From an uncultured candidatus Porisulfidus sp. (GTDB lineage Bacteria; Pseudomonadota; Gammaproteobacteria; Poriferisulfidales; Oxydemutatoraceae): 64,000 nt of DNA. Below the pieces are notes generated by a model that was not told the DNA's origin, ran no database searches, and saw only the letters and a list, made by a program, of their open reading frames with translations. The stretch spans positions 1,568,001 through 1,632,000 of the forward strand of contig OZ244052.1 of NCBI GenBank assembly GCA_965215125.1, given 5' to 3'. Of this stretch, positions 1-9,914 are shown piece after piece. The number at the start of each line of letters is the position of its first letter. Position 1 is the stretch's first letter. Position numbers and translations under genes: made by a program.

Positions 1-538
1 GTTGTTTGACCTTAGTTGCTACTTTAAGTAGCCACGATTTTTGGTTATATGTTTTGCGCTTAAATCCTCCTCTACCTTCGTGATACGCTAGATAGAGCGA
101 GTAGGCATCGTTGGGCGACAGCCCGAGTTCTCGAACGCTTTTGTTGTTATACCAGCCGATGAAATCGGTAGAATGTTTGAAACTATTGCGGCGAGCGTAC
201 CAACGACCGGTTTCTTTTTTATATTCGCCCCAACTTGCGTCTAAAGCCTGAGAATAACCAGAGGCCGAAGACACTCTGCCGAACCACGGAATAAATCCGA
301 GTAGTTTTTTTCTAGGCGGTTTTGCATTGCCTTTGAAAGACGACTCTTGGTGCACGAACGCCAAGGTGACTTCCATAGGAATCTTCCAACGTTCCTGAGA
401 GGAGATGGCAGCTTTACGCCACGACTCCCTTTCTTCAAATATCTCGCAAGCGTTGTTGATATTTCTCGGTTGGGGTGTGGCACAAGCCGATAACAGTGTT
501 ACGACAATTATCAAATAGCTATATTTATAATAAGTCAT
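1..538 (-). CDS. Lytic transglycosylase (SLT-domain) lipoprotein, 3' end outside window
   Basis: Not in ORF track because it runs off the edge. Manual translation from ATG 538: MTYYKYSYLIIVVTLLSACATPQPRNINNACEIFE...FVHQESSF...SSASGYSQALD..W..Y...DFIGWY...LYLAYHEGRGG; lipobox LSAC and SLT catalytic QES motif. Confidence 0.85.
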   Translation of the reverse strand, partial: MTYYKYSYLIIVVTLLSACATPQPRNINNACEIFEERESWRKAAISSQERWKIPMEVTLAFVHQESSFKGNAKPPRKKLLGFIPWFGRVSSASGYSQALDASWGEYKKETGRWYARRNSFKHSTDFIGWYNNKSVRELGLSPNDAYSLYLAYHEGRGGFKRKTYNQKSWLLKVATKVKQ

Positions 539-540
539 TT

Positions 541-738
541 GAGGCTGTTGAAAAATAAGCACGATTAAAATATTTATCCATCTAATTGACGATAACAACA
601 CGTCGGACTATCATGTCCGCCCTCAAGTTTAGTACTTGCACAAATCCAAACGCCGTGCACCACAGAACTCCGTAAACCATCCCCCACATGTCGGTTACAT
701 TGCGGTTATATAACCATTGTATATTTTTCAGCAGCCTC
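541..738. mobile_element. MITE with IS1182/IS5-like ends
   Basis: 17-bp terminal inverted repeats GAGGCTGTTGAAAAATA (541-557) and TATTTTTCAGCAGCCTC (722-738), 1 mismatch; 4-bp direct repeat ATTT at 537-540 and 739-742; no ORF inside. Confidence 0.8.
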
Positions 739-751
739 ATTTTAGTAATTT

Positions 752-1585
752 TTACTGCTTCGCTTTCAGCAAAATACGGTCAAACATACGATCGCTTAGC
801 CATTTTTTCATATGCCAAAGTACGATTACCGGAAATGTGATGCGATAACGCGTACGAGGATGCTTGCTTTCAAGTGCATGTATCAGCTTTTTGACTACGG
901 CTTCGGGTGGAAGCGTGAACGAAACCGCCGGACCTATTACTTCCAACCGTTCAATCATTTTGCTATAACGATCAATATGAGAACTCTCTTGCTTGTTAAT
1001 AATACTCTCTAAGGTTCTCAAGCTATTTTGTCTAAAGCGTGTATCTATAGGACCTGGTTCCAAAATCGATATTTTGATATTGGTGTCGGCCATTTCCAAA
1101 CGTAGCGTATCGGTCCATCCTTCTAATGCATGCTTGCTGGCGGTATAAGCCCCGCGTAATGGTAGTGCGAATACACCTAGACCCGACCCGTTTTGTATTA
1201 TACGTCCGTGTTTTTGTCGACGCATTACGGAGATTGCAAGACATGTTAATTCGTGCCAACCGAAAAGATTGGTTTCAAACTGTAGCCGTAATTGTTCACG
1301 ACTCAAATCTTCAATGGCTCCGACTTGACCGTAACCACCGTTGTTGAACAGTGCATCAAGAGTACCGTCATTTTTTTGCATTACCCAATCAAAGCACTCC
1401 CGAATACTGTCCGATGAGTTCAAGTCAAGTTTTGCCACTTCAAAACCTTGTTCGCGAAGACGCGCTAGATCACTGTCTTTTCGTGCAGTTGCAAAAACCC
1501 TGTAGCCTCGTTTTTTTAATTCAACGGCAGCACTATAACCTATGCCGGTAGAACATCCGGTTATTAAAATAGTAGGTGCAGGCAT
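752..1585 (-). CDS. Short-chain dehydrogenase/reductase (YbbO-like)
   Basis: ITGCSTGIG Rossmann motif, NNGG, catalytic YTASK. Confidence 0.9.
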   Translation of the reverse strand: MPAPTILITGCSTGIGYSAAVELKKRGYRVFATARKDSDLARLREQGFEVAKLDLNSSDSIRECFDWVMQKNDGTLDALFNNGGYGQVGAIEDLSREQLRLQFETNLFGWHELTCLAISVMRRQKHGRIIQNGSGLGVFALPLRGAYTASKHALEGWTDTLRLEMADTNIKISILEPGPIDTRFRQNSLRTLESIINKQESSHIDRYSKMIERLEVIGPAVSFTLPPEAVVKKLIHALESKHPRTRYRITFPVIVLWHMKKWLSDRMFDRILLKAKQ

Positions 1586-1603
1586 TTACTCGGAGTTTCG
1601 TCT

Positions 1604-1936
1604 TTAGTTGTCAAAAAGAGGACAATTATAAATCTTGAAAGATTGTTTGCCCTCTTCAAGAGCCCCGGCAGGCAATATCATATTACCGCCGATTCTTGCT
1701 GCGAAGTTACGCGCCTCTATAGTTAATTGCTTTTTGATTCGCTCTTCTTTCATCCATTTAATACGTGTCGGTGAAAGCGATAGACGCGTACTTCCTAATA
1801 TTTGGCACTGTTTGAGATCGGATTCTTCGCCTACATTAACTTTGCTTCCTTGTAGCGTAAGCTCGGTCGAGGCGCAGCCGGTTATAACAACTAGCGATAC
1901 GAGTAAAAAAACAATATTTTTTATAGTATTCATCAC
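1604..1936 (-). CDS. Small lipoprotein (DUF4156-like)
   Basis: Signal peptide with lipobox ITGC; C..LG and ARNFAARIGGN...IYNCP pattern; abuts proS. Confidence 0.7.
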   Translation of the reverse strand: MMNTIKNIVFLLVSLVVITGCASTELTLQGSKVNVGEESDLKQCQILGSTRLSLSPTRIKWMKEERIKKQLTIEARNFAARIGGNMILPAGALEEGKQSFKIYNCPLFDN

Positions 1937-1937
1937 A

Positions 1938-3656
1938 TTAGTTCGGTTGAATTTTTTCTATTATAGATTGCGCGGTTGTTTTTGCATCGGTATATTTTAA
2001 TACGTTTTCTGCTCGGTTTCGGCGTTCAATCAATTCAATTTCATTTTGTGCGAGCCTGCGTTTGCTTATTACCACGCGCCACGGCAAGCCCAATAGTTCG
2101 CTATCGGAGAACATCACCCCGGCGCGCACATCTCGATCGTCTAAAAGGACTTCGATCCCCATATCGCGTAAGGCGTTGTATAGATTTTCACTTTCCTGCT
2201 TCACTTTCGGGTCACGGTGATATTGTATAGGAGTGAGAGATAGCATAAAAGGTGCCATTGCCGATGGCCAAATAATTCCCGCTTCGTCGTGGTTTTGTTC
2301 TATTGCAGCGGCGACGATACGCGATACACCGATTCCATAGCATCCCATAAGCATCGTCATAGGTCGGTCGTTTTCATCCAGTACAGTTGCATTCATCGCT
2401 TCGCTATATTTAGTACCGAGCTTGAAGATATGTCCGACCTCTATGCCGCGTCGTATGCGTATGTGTCCGTGCCCACTCGGACTAGGGTCGCCTTCCTCTA
2501 TATTCCGCAAATCGTATGTTTGCGGTTCCGGTAGATCGCGTCCCCAATTCATACCGCTGTAGTGATAACCCTGTTCGTTGGCACCGGCGACGAAATCAAC
2601 CATTTTAGCTGCCGCATAATCGGCAATGATCGGGATGTCCATTCCTAGAGGACCGAGTGAACCGGGAGGACATTTTATATGTTCCACAATTTCTGCATGT
2701 TCGGCAAACTCTATAGGATCCTTGATAGCGGGATGTTTTACGGCTTTGCTAACATTCAGTGTATGATCGCCGCGCAAGAAAAGTGCCGTCAAAGTGCTTT
2801 CGGTGCCTTTAAGAATCAGTGTTTTTAGGCATTTTTTTTCGTCAACTTTCATAAATTGCGCAAGCTCGGCGATACTCTCAATGTCCGGTGTTGCAATTTT
2901 GTTCAAATGCTCTCTTGCCGTATGCCGTTCTCCTTCATTCGGTGTCGGTGCAAGCTCTACATTAGCCGCATAGTCGTCGTCGTCCGAGAATGCGATAGCG
3001 TCTTCTCCCGAATTTGCAAGCACATGAAATTCGTGCGAGGCATTACCGCCGATGCTACCGGTATCCGCCAATACCGATCGACAATCTAATCCGAGCCGTC
3101 TAAATATAGCATGATACGCACGATACATCGTTTGATAACACTCGTCCAACGATTTCTCGTCGGCGTGAAACGAATAAGCATCCTTCATAATGAATTCCCG
3201 GGCGCGCATTACTCCGAAACGCGGTCGGATTTCATCGCGAAATTTGGTTTGAATCTGATAGTAATTAACGGGTAGTTGACGATAGCTACGTAATTCGCGC
3301 CGAGCGAGATCGGTGATCACCTCCTCGTGCGTAGGCGCGAAGACAAAATCGTTTTGATGGCGGTCGGTGATGCGCAACAGTTCGGCTCCGTAGTGTTCCC
3401 AGCGCGCCGATTCTTGCCATAGTTCCGCAGGCTGTATCGCCGGCATTAACAACTCAACGGCACCTGCGGTGTTCATCTCTTTGCGAACAATGTCGGCAAC
3501 TTTATGCAATACGCGCAACCCCATCGGCAACCATGTATAAAGCCCGGACGAGAGCTTGCGTATCATTCCTGCTCGTAGCATTAGTCGGTGGCTGATTATT
3601 TCTGCATCGGCAGGTGTTTCTTTTAGCGTGTTTAGAGGGAATAGAGAGATGCGCAT
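1938..3656 (-). CDS. proS: Proline--tRNA ligase
   Basis: [63 protein letters not shown]. Confidence 0.98.
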   Translation of the reverse strand: MRISLFPLNTLKETPADAEIISHRLMLRAGMIRKLSSGLYTWLPMGLRVLHKVADIVRKEMNTAGAVELLMPAIQPAELWQESARWEHYGAELLRITDRHQNDFVFAPTHEEVITDLARRELRSYRQLPVNYYQIQTKFRDEIRPRFGVMRAREFIMKDAYSFHADEKSLDECYQTMYRAYHAIFRRLGLDCRSVLADTGSIGGNASHEFHVLANSGEDAIAFSDDDDYAANVELAPTPNEGERHTAREHLNKIATPDIESIAELAQFMKVDEKKCLKTLILKGTESTLTALFLRGDHTLNVSKAVKHPAIKDPIEFAEHAEIVEHIKCPPGSLGPLGMDIPIIADYAAAKMVDFVAGANEQGYHYSGMNWGRDLPEPQTYDLRNIEEGDPSPSGHGHIRIRRGIEVGHIFKLGTKYSEAMNATVLDENDRPMTMLMGCYGIGVSRIVAAAIEQNHDEAGIIWPSAMAPFMLSLTPIQYHRDPKVKQESENLYNALRDMGIEVLLDDRDVRAGVMFSDSELLGLPWRVVISKRRLAQNEIELIERRNRAENVLKYTDAKTTAQSIIEKIQPN

Positions 3657-3783
3657 AGACTATATTTTGGGTGATTTTTCTATATTTTTACTCGGTATCC
3701 GCATATCATACATCATTCTTGCATATCTTTATATGAGGCTTCTATTATATCGTGTATGATATGTATTTTTATTGAATGGCTCT

Positions 3784-4851
3784 ATGGCTTCCTTAGTAAC
3801 ACAATGGTTTAATAAAGTTCTCTCGAACGCACAGTTGGTGGTACTGATTGTATTGCTGGTGGCAGTTGTAATCGTACTGAATGTAGCGAGCGATATATTA
3901 ACGCCGCTAATCATCGCCTTAGTTTTGGCTTATATCCTCGACGGTGCGGTTGATTTGCTAAAGCAGTGGAATCTTTCGTCGACGTTGGCACTGACTGCCG
4001 TTTATCTTTTGTTTATCGGCATCGTGCTATTTATTTTAGTGGTGCTGTTACCGTTGATGACGGTAGAGATCACCGACTTCTTGCGCGACCTGCCGGCGAT
4101 TGCCAGCCGAGGTCAGCAATTACTATTGCAACTGCCTCAAATCTATCCCGAGTTTATAGAGGAGCGACAAATCACTAATTTTATTGCCAGTCTACGCGAA
4201 GAAATTGCCGATATAGGACAAAGCGTATTGAGCACTTTGCTTGTTTCGATTCAAGGCTTTATCACGGTTTTGGTTTATTTGGTGTTGGTGCCTTTGCTGG
4301 TCTTTTTCTTTTTGAAAGACAAAGATTTATTGCTCGGCTGGGCTGCCAAACTTTTGCCGCGTGAGGAAAACCGTGCATTGACCACGCAAGTGTGGCAAGA
4401 AGCCAATCAGAAGGTTTCAAACTATATACGCGGCAAGCTCCTGGAGATATTGATAGTTTGGGTGGTTTCGTGGATAGTCTTTGCGGCACTGGGCTTGAAC
4501 TATGCCCCGTTGCTGTCCTTTTTGGTCGGCATTTCGGTCATCGTTCCTTTCTTGGGAGCCGCAGTTATGACGCTACCGGTGGCAATGGTTGCTTATGCAC
4601 AATGGGGTCTTTCCGCAGAGTTCGTTTATCTGATGATTGCCTATGCCGTTATTCAATTTCTCGACGGCAACTTGCTTGTTCCTTTTCTGTTTTCGGAGGT
4701 AGTCAACCTGCATCCGGTGGCAATTATTTCGGCAATACTGATCTTCGGTGGCATCTGGGGGGTATGGGGTGTCTTCTTTGCTATTCCTCTGGCGACGGTA
4801 GTCAACGCAGTATTGAAAGCCTGGCCGCGTGAACCCCAGCCGATATCTTAA
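3784..4851 (+). CDS. AI-2E family transporter (PerM-like)
   Basis: Multi-TM protein with IQFLDGNLLVPFLFSEVVNLHPVAII and GVFFAIPLA motifs; ATG 3784 preferred to TTG 3772. Confidence 0.88.
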   Translation: MASLVTQWFNKVLSNAQLVVLIVLLVAVVIVLNVASDILTPLIIALVLAYILDGAVDLLKQWNLSSTLALTAVYLLFIGIVLFILVVLLPLMTVEITDFLRDLPAIASRGQQLLLQLPQIYPEFIEERQITNFIASLREEIADIGQSVLSTLLVSIQGFITVLVYLVLVPLLVFFFLKDKDLLLGWAAKLLPREENRALTTQVWQEANQKVSNYIRGKLLEILIVWVVSWIVFAALGLNYAPLLSFLVGISVIVPFLGAAVMTLPVAMVAYAQWGLSAEFVYLMIAYAVIQFLDGNLLVPFLFSEVVNLHPVAIISAILIFGGIWGVWGVFFAIPLATVVNAVLKAWPREPQPIS

Positions 4852-4874
4852 ATGTACTCAGTATTTTGTAAAAG

Positions 4875-5741
4875 ATGAATGATTACGAAGAATTTAAGAA
4901 GCGGTTTAAATTATTGGCTAGCAAAAACAAGCATCTAATTATAAATACCTTGTCTAATATTTTTACAATGCGCTTAATCGGGAATAAAACCCATGGTGAC
5001 TTAGCAGAAATTGGTATAGTAGAGTTTATTAACCAATTTATGTACGATTTTACAAGCGAACATGTTGGTAAAGATAGATTTAGAGCGAAAGATTATGAAG
5101 AGGATATAGTAATTATTAATGAGATAACAAAAACGGAATTTTCTGTTAGTCTAAAAGCATATGGTTATGGGCCTTTACAATTGTCAACAGATAAAAATCA
5201 AAAACTTTTTTCTTTCCTTAATCAAAAAAAACGAGAAAAAAGCATTACCAATAAAACACATATTAATGACATTTTTAATTCCGTAGAGTTTAAAGATTAT
5301 GGCATGATTAATATCATGCCCCTGATTTATAAAGAAAAGGAGAAAAAGTGCAATATCATGGTTTTCAATTATCCTAAGGCTATAAAAGAAACTAAATGTA
5401 TCAGCTTTATTCAGAAAAATGAAACATTTTCTAAAGGGAAGATTATAAAACGAAAAGGTAGAAAGCATCCTTTATTTTTATTTACCGACTCTAATGGAAA
5501 TTATATATGCGAAGTAAGGTACGGAGATGCTTCTTCAAATGCATTACAGCGAGGTCTCTGGACAAATACTAAACATGCCGCCTCTTATTTTGACTCGCTG
5601 ACGAATGGTTGGATAGATTATTCTCATAATGAAACCCTAGTGAAGTTGTTCCGCCTTGCATTGAATAGTACTAGACAGGCTCATGAATTAGTCAATAAAT
5701 CTTTGCAAGAAGATATTGAATCCTTAAAGGAGGCAAGATGA
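4875..5741 (+). CDS. Putative type II restriction endonuclease
   Basis: AT-rich ORF overlapping (ATGA) a DNA methyltransferase; GDLAE...EEDIVI...VSLKAY fits a divergent PD-(D/E)XK core. Call rests mainly on context. Confidence 0.6.
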   Translation: MNDYEEFKKRFKLLASKNKHLIINTLSNIFTMRLIGNKTHGDLAEIGIVEFINQFMYDFTSEHVGKDRFRAKDYEEDIVIINEITKTEFSVSLKAYGYGPLQLSTDKNQKLFSFLNQKKREKSITNKTHINDIFNSVEFKDYGMINIMPLIYKEKEKKCNIMVFNYPKAIKETKCISFIQKNETFSKGKIIKRKGRKHPLFLFTDSNGNYICEVRYGDASSNALQRGLWTNTKHAASYFDSLTNGWIDYSHNETLVKLFRLALNSTRQAHELVNKSLQEDIESLKEAR

Positions 5742-6871
5742 TTGCTCGGCAGCTAGATCTCCTCAACGCTTCTCCTGTGTCCATACCGCGTACCGAGGGA
5801 ATAAAGTATGTAGGTTCAAAGTTAAAAATCCTCCCTTATATACTCAACCTAAGTTCTAAGTTGACCGGAGTTAATAAAGTTTTGGATGGTTTTAGCGGGT
5901 CAACTAGAGTTTCCCAAGCGTTTGCACAACTGGGCTATCAAGTAACCGCAAACGATATCGCAGTATGGTCGGAAGTCTTTGCCGTTTGCTATCTTCAATC
6001 GAAGAAAGACGATGCTTTTTATCAAGAGATATTAGACCATTTGAATAACTTAAAAGGCTATGCCGGCTGGTATACCGAGAGATACGGGGGTGAGTCGATC
6101 GGCGGTAAAAAACCTTTTCAGGCAAAAAACACCCGAAAGTTAGATGCCGTCCGTGATGAAATTGAAAAGCTAAACTTGGCATGGGAAGACAAGTGTGTGA
6201 TTTTGACGAGTTTAATTTATGCGCTCGATACCGTCGACAGTACCTTGGGGCATTATGTGTCGTACTTATCGAAATGGTCGCCGCGCTCGTATCGGGATTT
6301 GTTTCTAAGGTTGCCTAAAAGATTTAAGCATCGCGGCGAACACCAAGTAATGCGCGGTGATATTTTCGATGTTGTAAAAAGCCATAAGTTTGATTTTGCG
6401 TATTTTGATCCGCCTTATGGTTCGAATAATGAGAAAATGCCTCCGAGTCGAGTTAGATATGCCGCTTACTATCATATATGGACGACGATTATCAAACACG
6501 ATAAGCCCGATGTCTTCGGCAAAGTCAATCGGAGAACCGATAGTAGAGATTTGCAATGTGCATCGGTATTCGAGGAATTCAGAAAAGATAAAGACGGGGA
6601 GTATATAGCGATGAAAGCATTAAACGAACTCATCCAAAGAACGAAGGCTCGCTATATTCTATTGTCTTACAGCTCCGGCGGCAGAACCACAAAAAAAGAA
6701 CTCGGTAATATAATCGACGGGATAGGTACCCTACTAGAGTTTGTTGAAGTGAACTACAAAAGAAACGTGATGGCGGATATGTGTTGGTCTAAAGAGTGGG
6801 TGAACGATAACGCCGAACATAGAGAGTACTTATTTTTAATCGAGCATAGAACCGCTAGGTCAATCGGCTAA
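5738..6871 (+). CDS. N6-adenine DNA methyltransferase, D12 (Dam/alpha) class
   Basis: GIKYVGSK (motif X), VLDGFSGS (SAM-binding), ANDI, YFDPPY (catalytic). Confidence 0.92.
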   Translation: MIARQLDLLNASPVSIPRTEGIKYVGSKLKILPYILNLSSKLTGVNKVLDGFSGSTRVSQAFAQLGYQVTANDIAVWSEVFAVCYLQSKKDDAFYQEILDHLNNLKGYAGWYTERYGGESIGGKKPFQAKNTRKLDAVRDEIEKLNLAWEDKCVILTSLIYALDTVDSTLGHYVSYLSKWSPRSYRDLFLRLPKRFKHRGEHQVMRGDIFDVVKSHKFDFAYFDPPYGSNNEKMPPSRVRYAAYYHIWTTIIKHDKPDVFGKVNRRTDSRDLQCASVFEEFRKDKDGEYIAMKALNELIQRTKARYILLSYSSGGRTTKKELGNIIDGIGTLLEFVEVNYKRNVMADMCWSKEWVNDNAEHREYLFLIEHRTARSIG

Positions 6872-7013
6872 CATCGGCAACTCTATTTGTCGGGTAGCCT
6901 TCCCGTGACTGTGTCGGTACAAATAGCAGTATAATAGGCACTAACGGTTGCCTCAACGGGTGATAAACTTATAAGGCAAATTCCTATTTAGAAACTGATA
7001 TATTAAGGAAGCA

Positions 7014-7892
7014 ATGACGGTAAAATTTCAAGGCAGTATGGTTGCGATTGTAAGCCCGATGGTGGAAGGCGACATAGATTATAAGTCGTTTAGGAATTTA
7101 ATAGAGTTTCATATACAAAACGGAACCGATGCGATCGTGGTGGCCGGCACTACCGGTGAATCGGCTACAATGAATTATAAAGATCACTGCAAAGTCATAC
7201 GTGTTGCGGTTAAGCAAGCACGAAATCGTGTGCCGATAATCGCCGGCACCGGTTCCAATTCCTCTGCCGAAGCTACGGCACTCACCTTATCCGCCGAGCA
7301 AGACGGTGCCGATGCCTGTCTCTTGGTAACACCCTATTACAACAAACCGACTCAAGAGGGACTTTATCAACACTTTGAGATGATCGCCTGCACGGTTCAA
7401 ATCCCTCTGATACTCTATAATATTCCCGGTAGGACCGCATGCGACATGCTCCCCGAAACCGTCAAGCGTTTGGCGGAAATCGACGGTATTGTCGGCATCA
7501 AAGAGACCGTATCGCTGGACCGTATGCAAGAGATTCGCGATTTATGCGGCAACGAGTTTGCGATTTATAGCGGTGAGGACGCGCTTGCGGCGGAGGCGAT
7601 ATTGCAAGGTGCCGAAGGCGTCATTTCGGTGACCGCCAATGTAGCACCGGCGTTGATGCACCGATTATGCGAAGCTGCCTTAGCGGGTGATCGCAAGCGT
7701 GCCGAGGAGATAGACCGAGCTTTACAGCCTCTGCACAAAGCACTATTTCTTGAATCAAACCCTATTCCCGTTAAGTGGGCATTGACACAAATGGGTTTAA
7801 TCTCCGAGAGGATACGTCTACCGCTGACTACTTTATCCGAGGTGCACCATAAGGCATTAAGCGATGCGATGAAACACGCAGGTATTGAATAA
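7014..7892 (+). CDS. dapA: 4-hydroxy-tetrahydrodipicolinate synthase
   Basis: GTTGESAT, PYYNKPTQEGLY, LYNIPGRT, GIKE, ESNPIPVKWA. Confidence 0.97.
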   Translation: MTVKFQGSMVAIVSPMVEGDIDYKSFRNLIEFHIQNGTDAIVVAGTTGESATMNYKDHCKVIRVAVKQARNRVPIIAGTGSNSSAEATALTLSAEQDGADACLLVTPYYNKPTQEGLYQHFEMIACTVQIPLILYNIPGRTACDMLPETVKRLAEIDGIVGIKETVSLDRMQEIRDLCGNEFAIYSGEDALAAEAILQGAEGVISVTANVAPALMHRLCEAALAGDRKRAEEIDRALQPLHKALFLESNPIPVKWALTQMGLISERIRLPLTTLSEVHHKALSDAMKHAGIE

Positions 7893-8935
7893 TGGGAATC
7901 AAGAACCGCGTATTGACCGTTTGTTGTTGTCTGCTGTTGAGCGGTTGTTCATCCGATGGTTTTTCTTTTATGGATGATATAGAGTTTGGTTTGCCGGGCC
8001 TAGGTGAGGGGGTTTATATGGGTGAGGATAACGATTCTTTGGAAGTGCCGCCCGATTTGGCTTCGTTGGATGCTTCAAGGAACTTAGGTGTGCCGGGCAG
8101 CGACAATATCAGCATGTCCGATATGGCTTTTGACAGCTATGTGTTGCCCGAACGCTTGGATTTACGCATCCAGCGCGAAGGCGATGTAGTATGGCTCTCG
8201 GTAGATGTAGACCCGGTGACCTTATGGCCCGAATTACGGAATTTTTTGCAACGCGGTGGATTTGAGATAAGTGCGAGTGATCCTAGTGCCGGTAATATGG
8301 AAACCGCCTGGCGAGAACGTCAATTAAATGTAGACCATAAACGCAGTGGTTCAATCAGAGTGCGTAATCAACTACGAGTTAATCTGGAGCGCGAACCCAA
8401 TGCAATCACCAATGTTTTTTTCTCGGTACGCGAAGCAGGCTATGTAGGCAGCGCGTGGCGGATGTTGCCGCCCGATCCGTATTTGGAGAGACTGCTTTTG
8501 TTTAAGTTCAAGGATCATCTTGCACGCAACAGAGAAATAGCCAATCCTCAAATGGCATCTTTGGATGATATCAAAACACTGCTTCGTATTCGTAATGCGC
8601 AGGGGGTGGCAATCCTTGAAATAGGACAATCGTTCAGCAAAGTATGGCGCCGCCTAAATGCGTCGCTAAGACGCTCGGGGATGAATGTGCGCGCAAGCGA
8701 TCGTAGCCGCGGTGTTTATTTGATTGAATATCAGGAAACTTCCGACGACCGTAACGGTGCAATAGATAATATCGACATCAATAGAGCTTTAGTACAGTTG
8801 CATGTTCTAGGTAGCGACGACCGCACTATTGTTACCGTACATCCGAATCGAGATCAACAAAAAATACCTTATGCCCTCGCTCAACGCGTACTGCAACGGG
8901 TTGTGATGGCATATCAACCGACTTTGGGGTCTTGA
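7892..8935 (+). CDS. bamC: Outer membrane assembly lipoprotein BamC
   Basis: Lipobox LSGC, LEVPPDL motif, conserved position after dapA. Confidence 0.8.
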   Translation: MGIKNRVLTVCCCLLLSGCSSDGFSFMDDIEFGLPGLGEGVYMGEDNDSLEVPPDLASLDASRNLGVPGSDNISMSDMAFDSYVLPERLDLRIQREGDVVWLSVDVDPVTLWPELRNFLQRGGFEISASDPSAGNMETAWRERQLNVDHKRSGSIRVRNQLRVNLEREPNAITNVFFSVREAGYVGSAWRMLPPDPYLERLLLFKFKDHLARNREIANPQMASLDDIKTLLRIRNAQGVAILEIGQSFSKVWRRLNASLRRSGMNVRASDRSRGVYLIEYQETSDDRNGAIDNIDINRALVQLHVLGSDDRTIVTVHPNRDQQKIPYALAQRVLQRVVMAYQPTLGS

Positions 8936-9336
8936 TGGAAGAGCATAGATGCCCTTTTCAGGCACCTCAAATCAAGAAAGATTTTGCTTGCACATTGGGA
9001 GTTGAAGTGACACGACGCGACGGTGCGGCGATTGCCTGCCAATCGGACTCTGCCAGTCGGCATTGTTGCGAACTCTACGAGCACCTGAAGCAAGCGGGTT
9101 TAGAGGCTTTCGGTGTGAAAGACGATTTGGCAAAGGTGCCACAAAGTCTCTATATTAAGGTACAATACGGAGGTCTTTTAGGTTTACAAAGGCTACTCGG
9201 CGATAGACGGCAGGATATTGTAGACATTTCATCGTTGCTTACGCAGTTGCATGCACAATACGGTAGGATTGAAGACATACCTTGCGAGCAGGTAAAAACC
9301 GACATTGAGTCGCACAAAGTGCGGTGCAAAAAATAA
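8932..9336 (+). CDS. Cys-containing hypothetical protein
   Basis: 134 aa, overlaps the bamC stop; CPF..C...C...CC and KVQYGGLLGLQ. Confidence 0.7.
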   Translation: MMEEHRCPFQAPQIKKDFACTLGVEVTRRDGAAIACQSDSASRHCCELYEHLKQAGLEAFGVKDDLAKVPQSLYIKVQYGGLLGLQRLLGDRRQDIVDISSLLTQLHAQYGRIEDIPCEQVKTDIESHKVRCKK

Positions 9337-9395
9337 ACTGCGCCGAACGGATGTATAAATTTGAATAGAAGCAATAAAGATAACGGAGTATAAAA

Positions 9396-9578
9396 ATGGA
9401 GGATACCTTACATCATAAAAATGACGAACCCGGTTTCGTGATAGGCTGGAGATATAAATACAAATTTGAATCCGGCTATTACGACGAAGAGATGACCTTC
9501 GGCGAGGCCAAGAAGCGCGCAGAAGAACTACACCAAAAACATCCCGATATGACTTTTTGGCCTAAGAAAAATCAATAA
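9396..9578 (+). CDS. Small hypothetical protein
   Basis: 60 aa with a GGAG RBS; protein-like composition (GFVIGWRYKYKFE...MTFGEAKKRAEEL...FWP). Confidence 0.7.
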   Translation: MEDTLHHKNDEPGFVIGWRYKYKFESGYYDEEMTFGEAKKRAEELHQKHPDMTFWPKKNQ

Positions 9579-9695
9579 AAGCAGCTTTTTATAATCCTGA
9601 TGCGCATTGAAAACGAGTGTACTATCCCAATGTGCTGAACTTCAGGCTCAATCGGCAGACTTTTCTTTATTTTTAAGATATAATGATTATTAACT

Positions 9696-9914
9696 TTGAC
9701 TTATTCAGAATACTTGATGCAAATGAATATAAAATTGATGGCTAAAGGAGCAAAGTCTCTGATAATACCGAGAGCATATCCTCGCCCCAAGAGAGCCGAG
9801 GAAATACATTATTTAGTATGGAATTCCGTAGGGCGTGCACTCCACGATGCGATAGGGGACTATGAGCAGCAAGAGCAAAAAGAAAAAGAACATAGCGCAA
9901 GTTCACGACAATAA
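9696..9914 (+). CDS. Small hypothetical protein upstream of DUF2335 gene
   Basis: 72-aa ORF (start uncertain) ending WNSVGRALHDAIGDYEQQ..., overlapping the start of the DUF2335 gene. Confidence 0.5.
   Translation: MTYSEYLMQMNIKLMAKGAKSLIIPRAYPRPKRAEEIHYLVWNSVGRALHDAIGDYEQQEQKEKEHSASSRQ

Noticed and set aside
241-483. 80-aa ORF from the track
   Set aside because: Out-of-frame shadow of the SLT lipoprotein gene (1-538).
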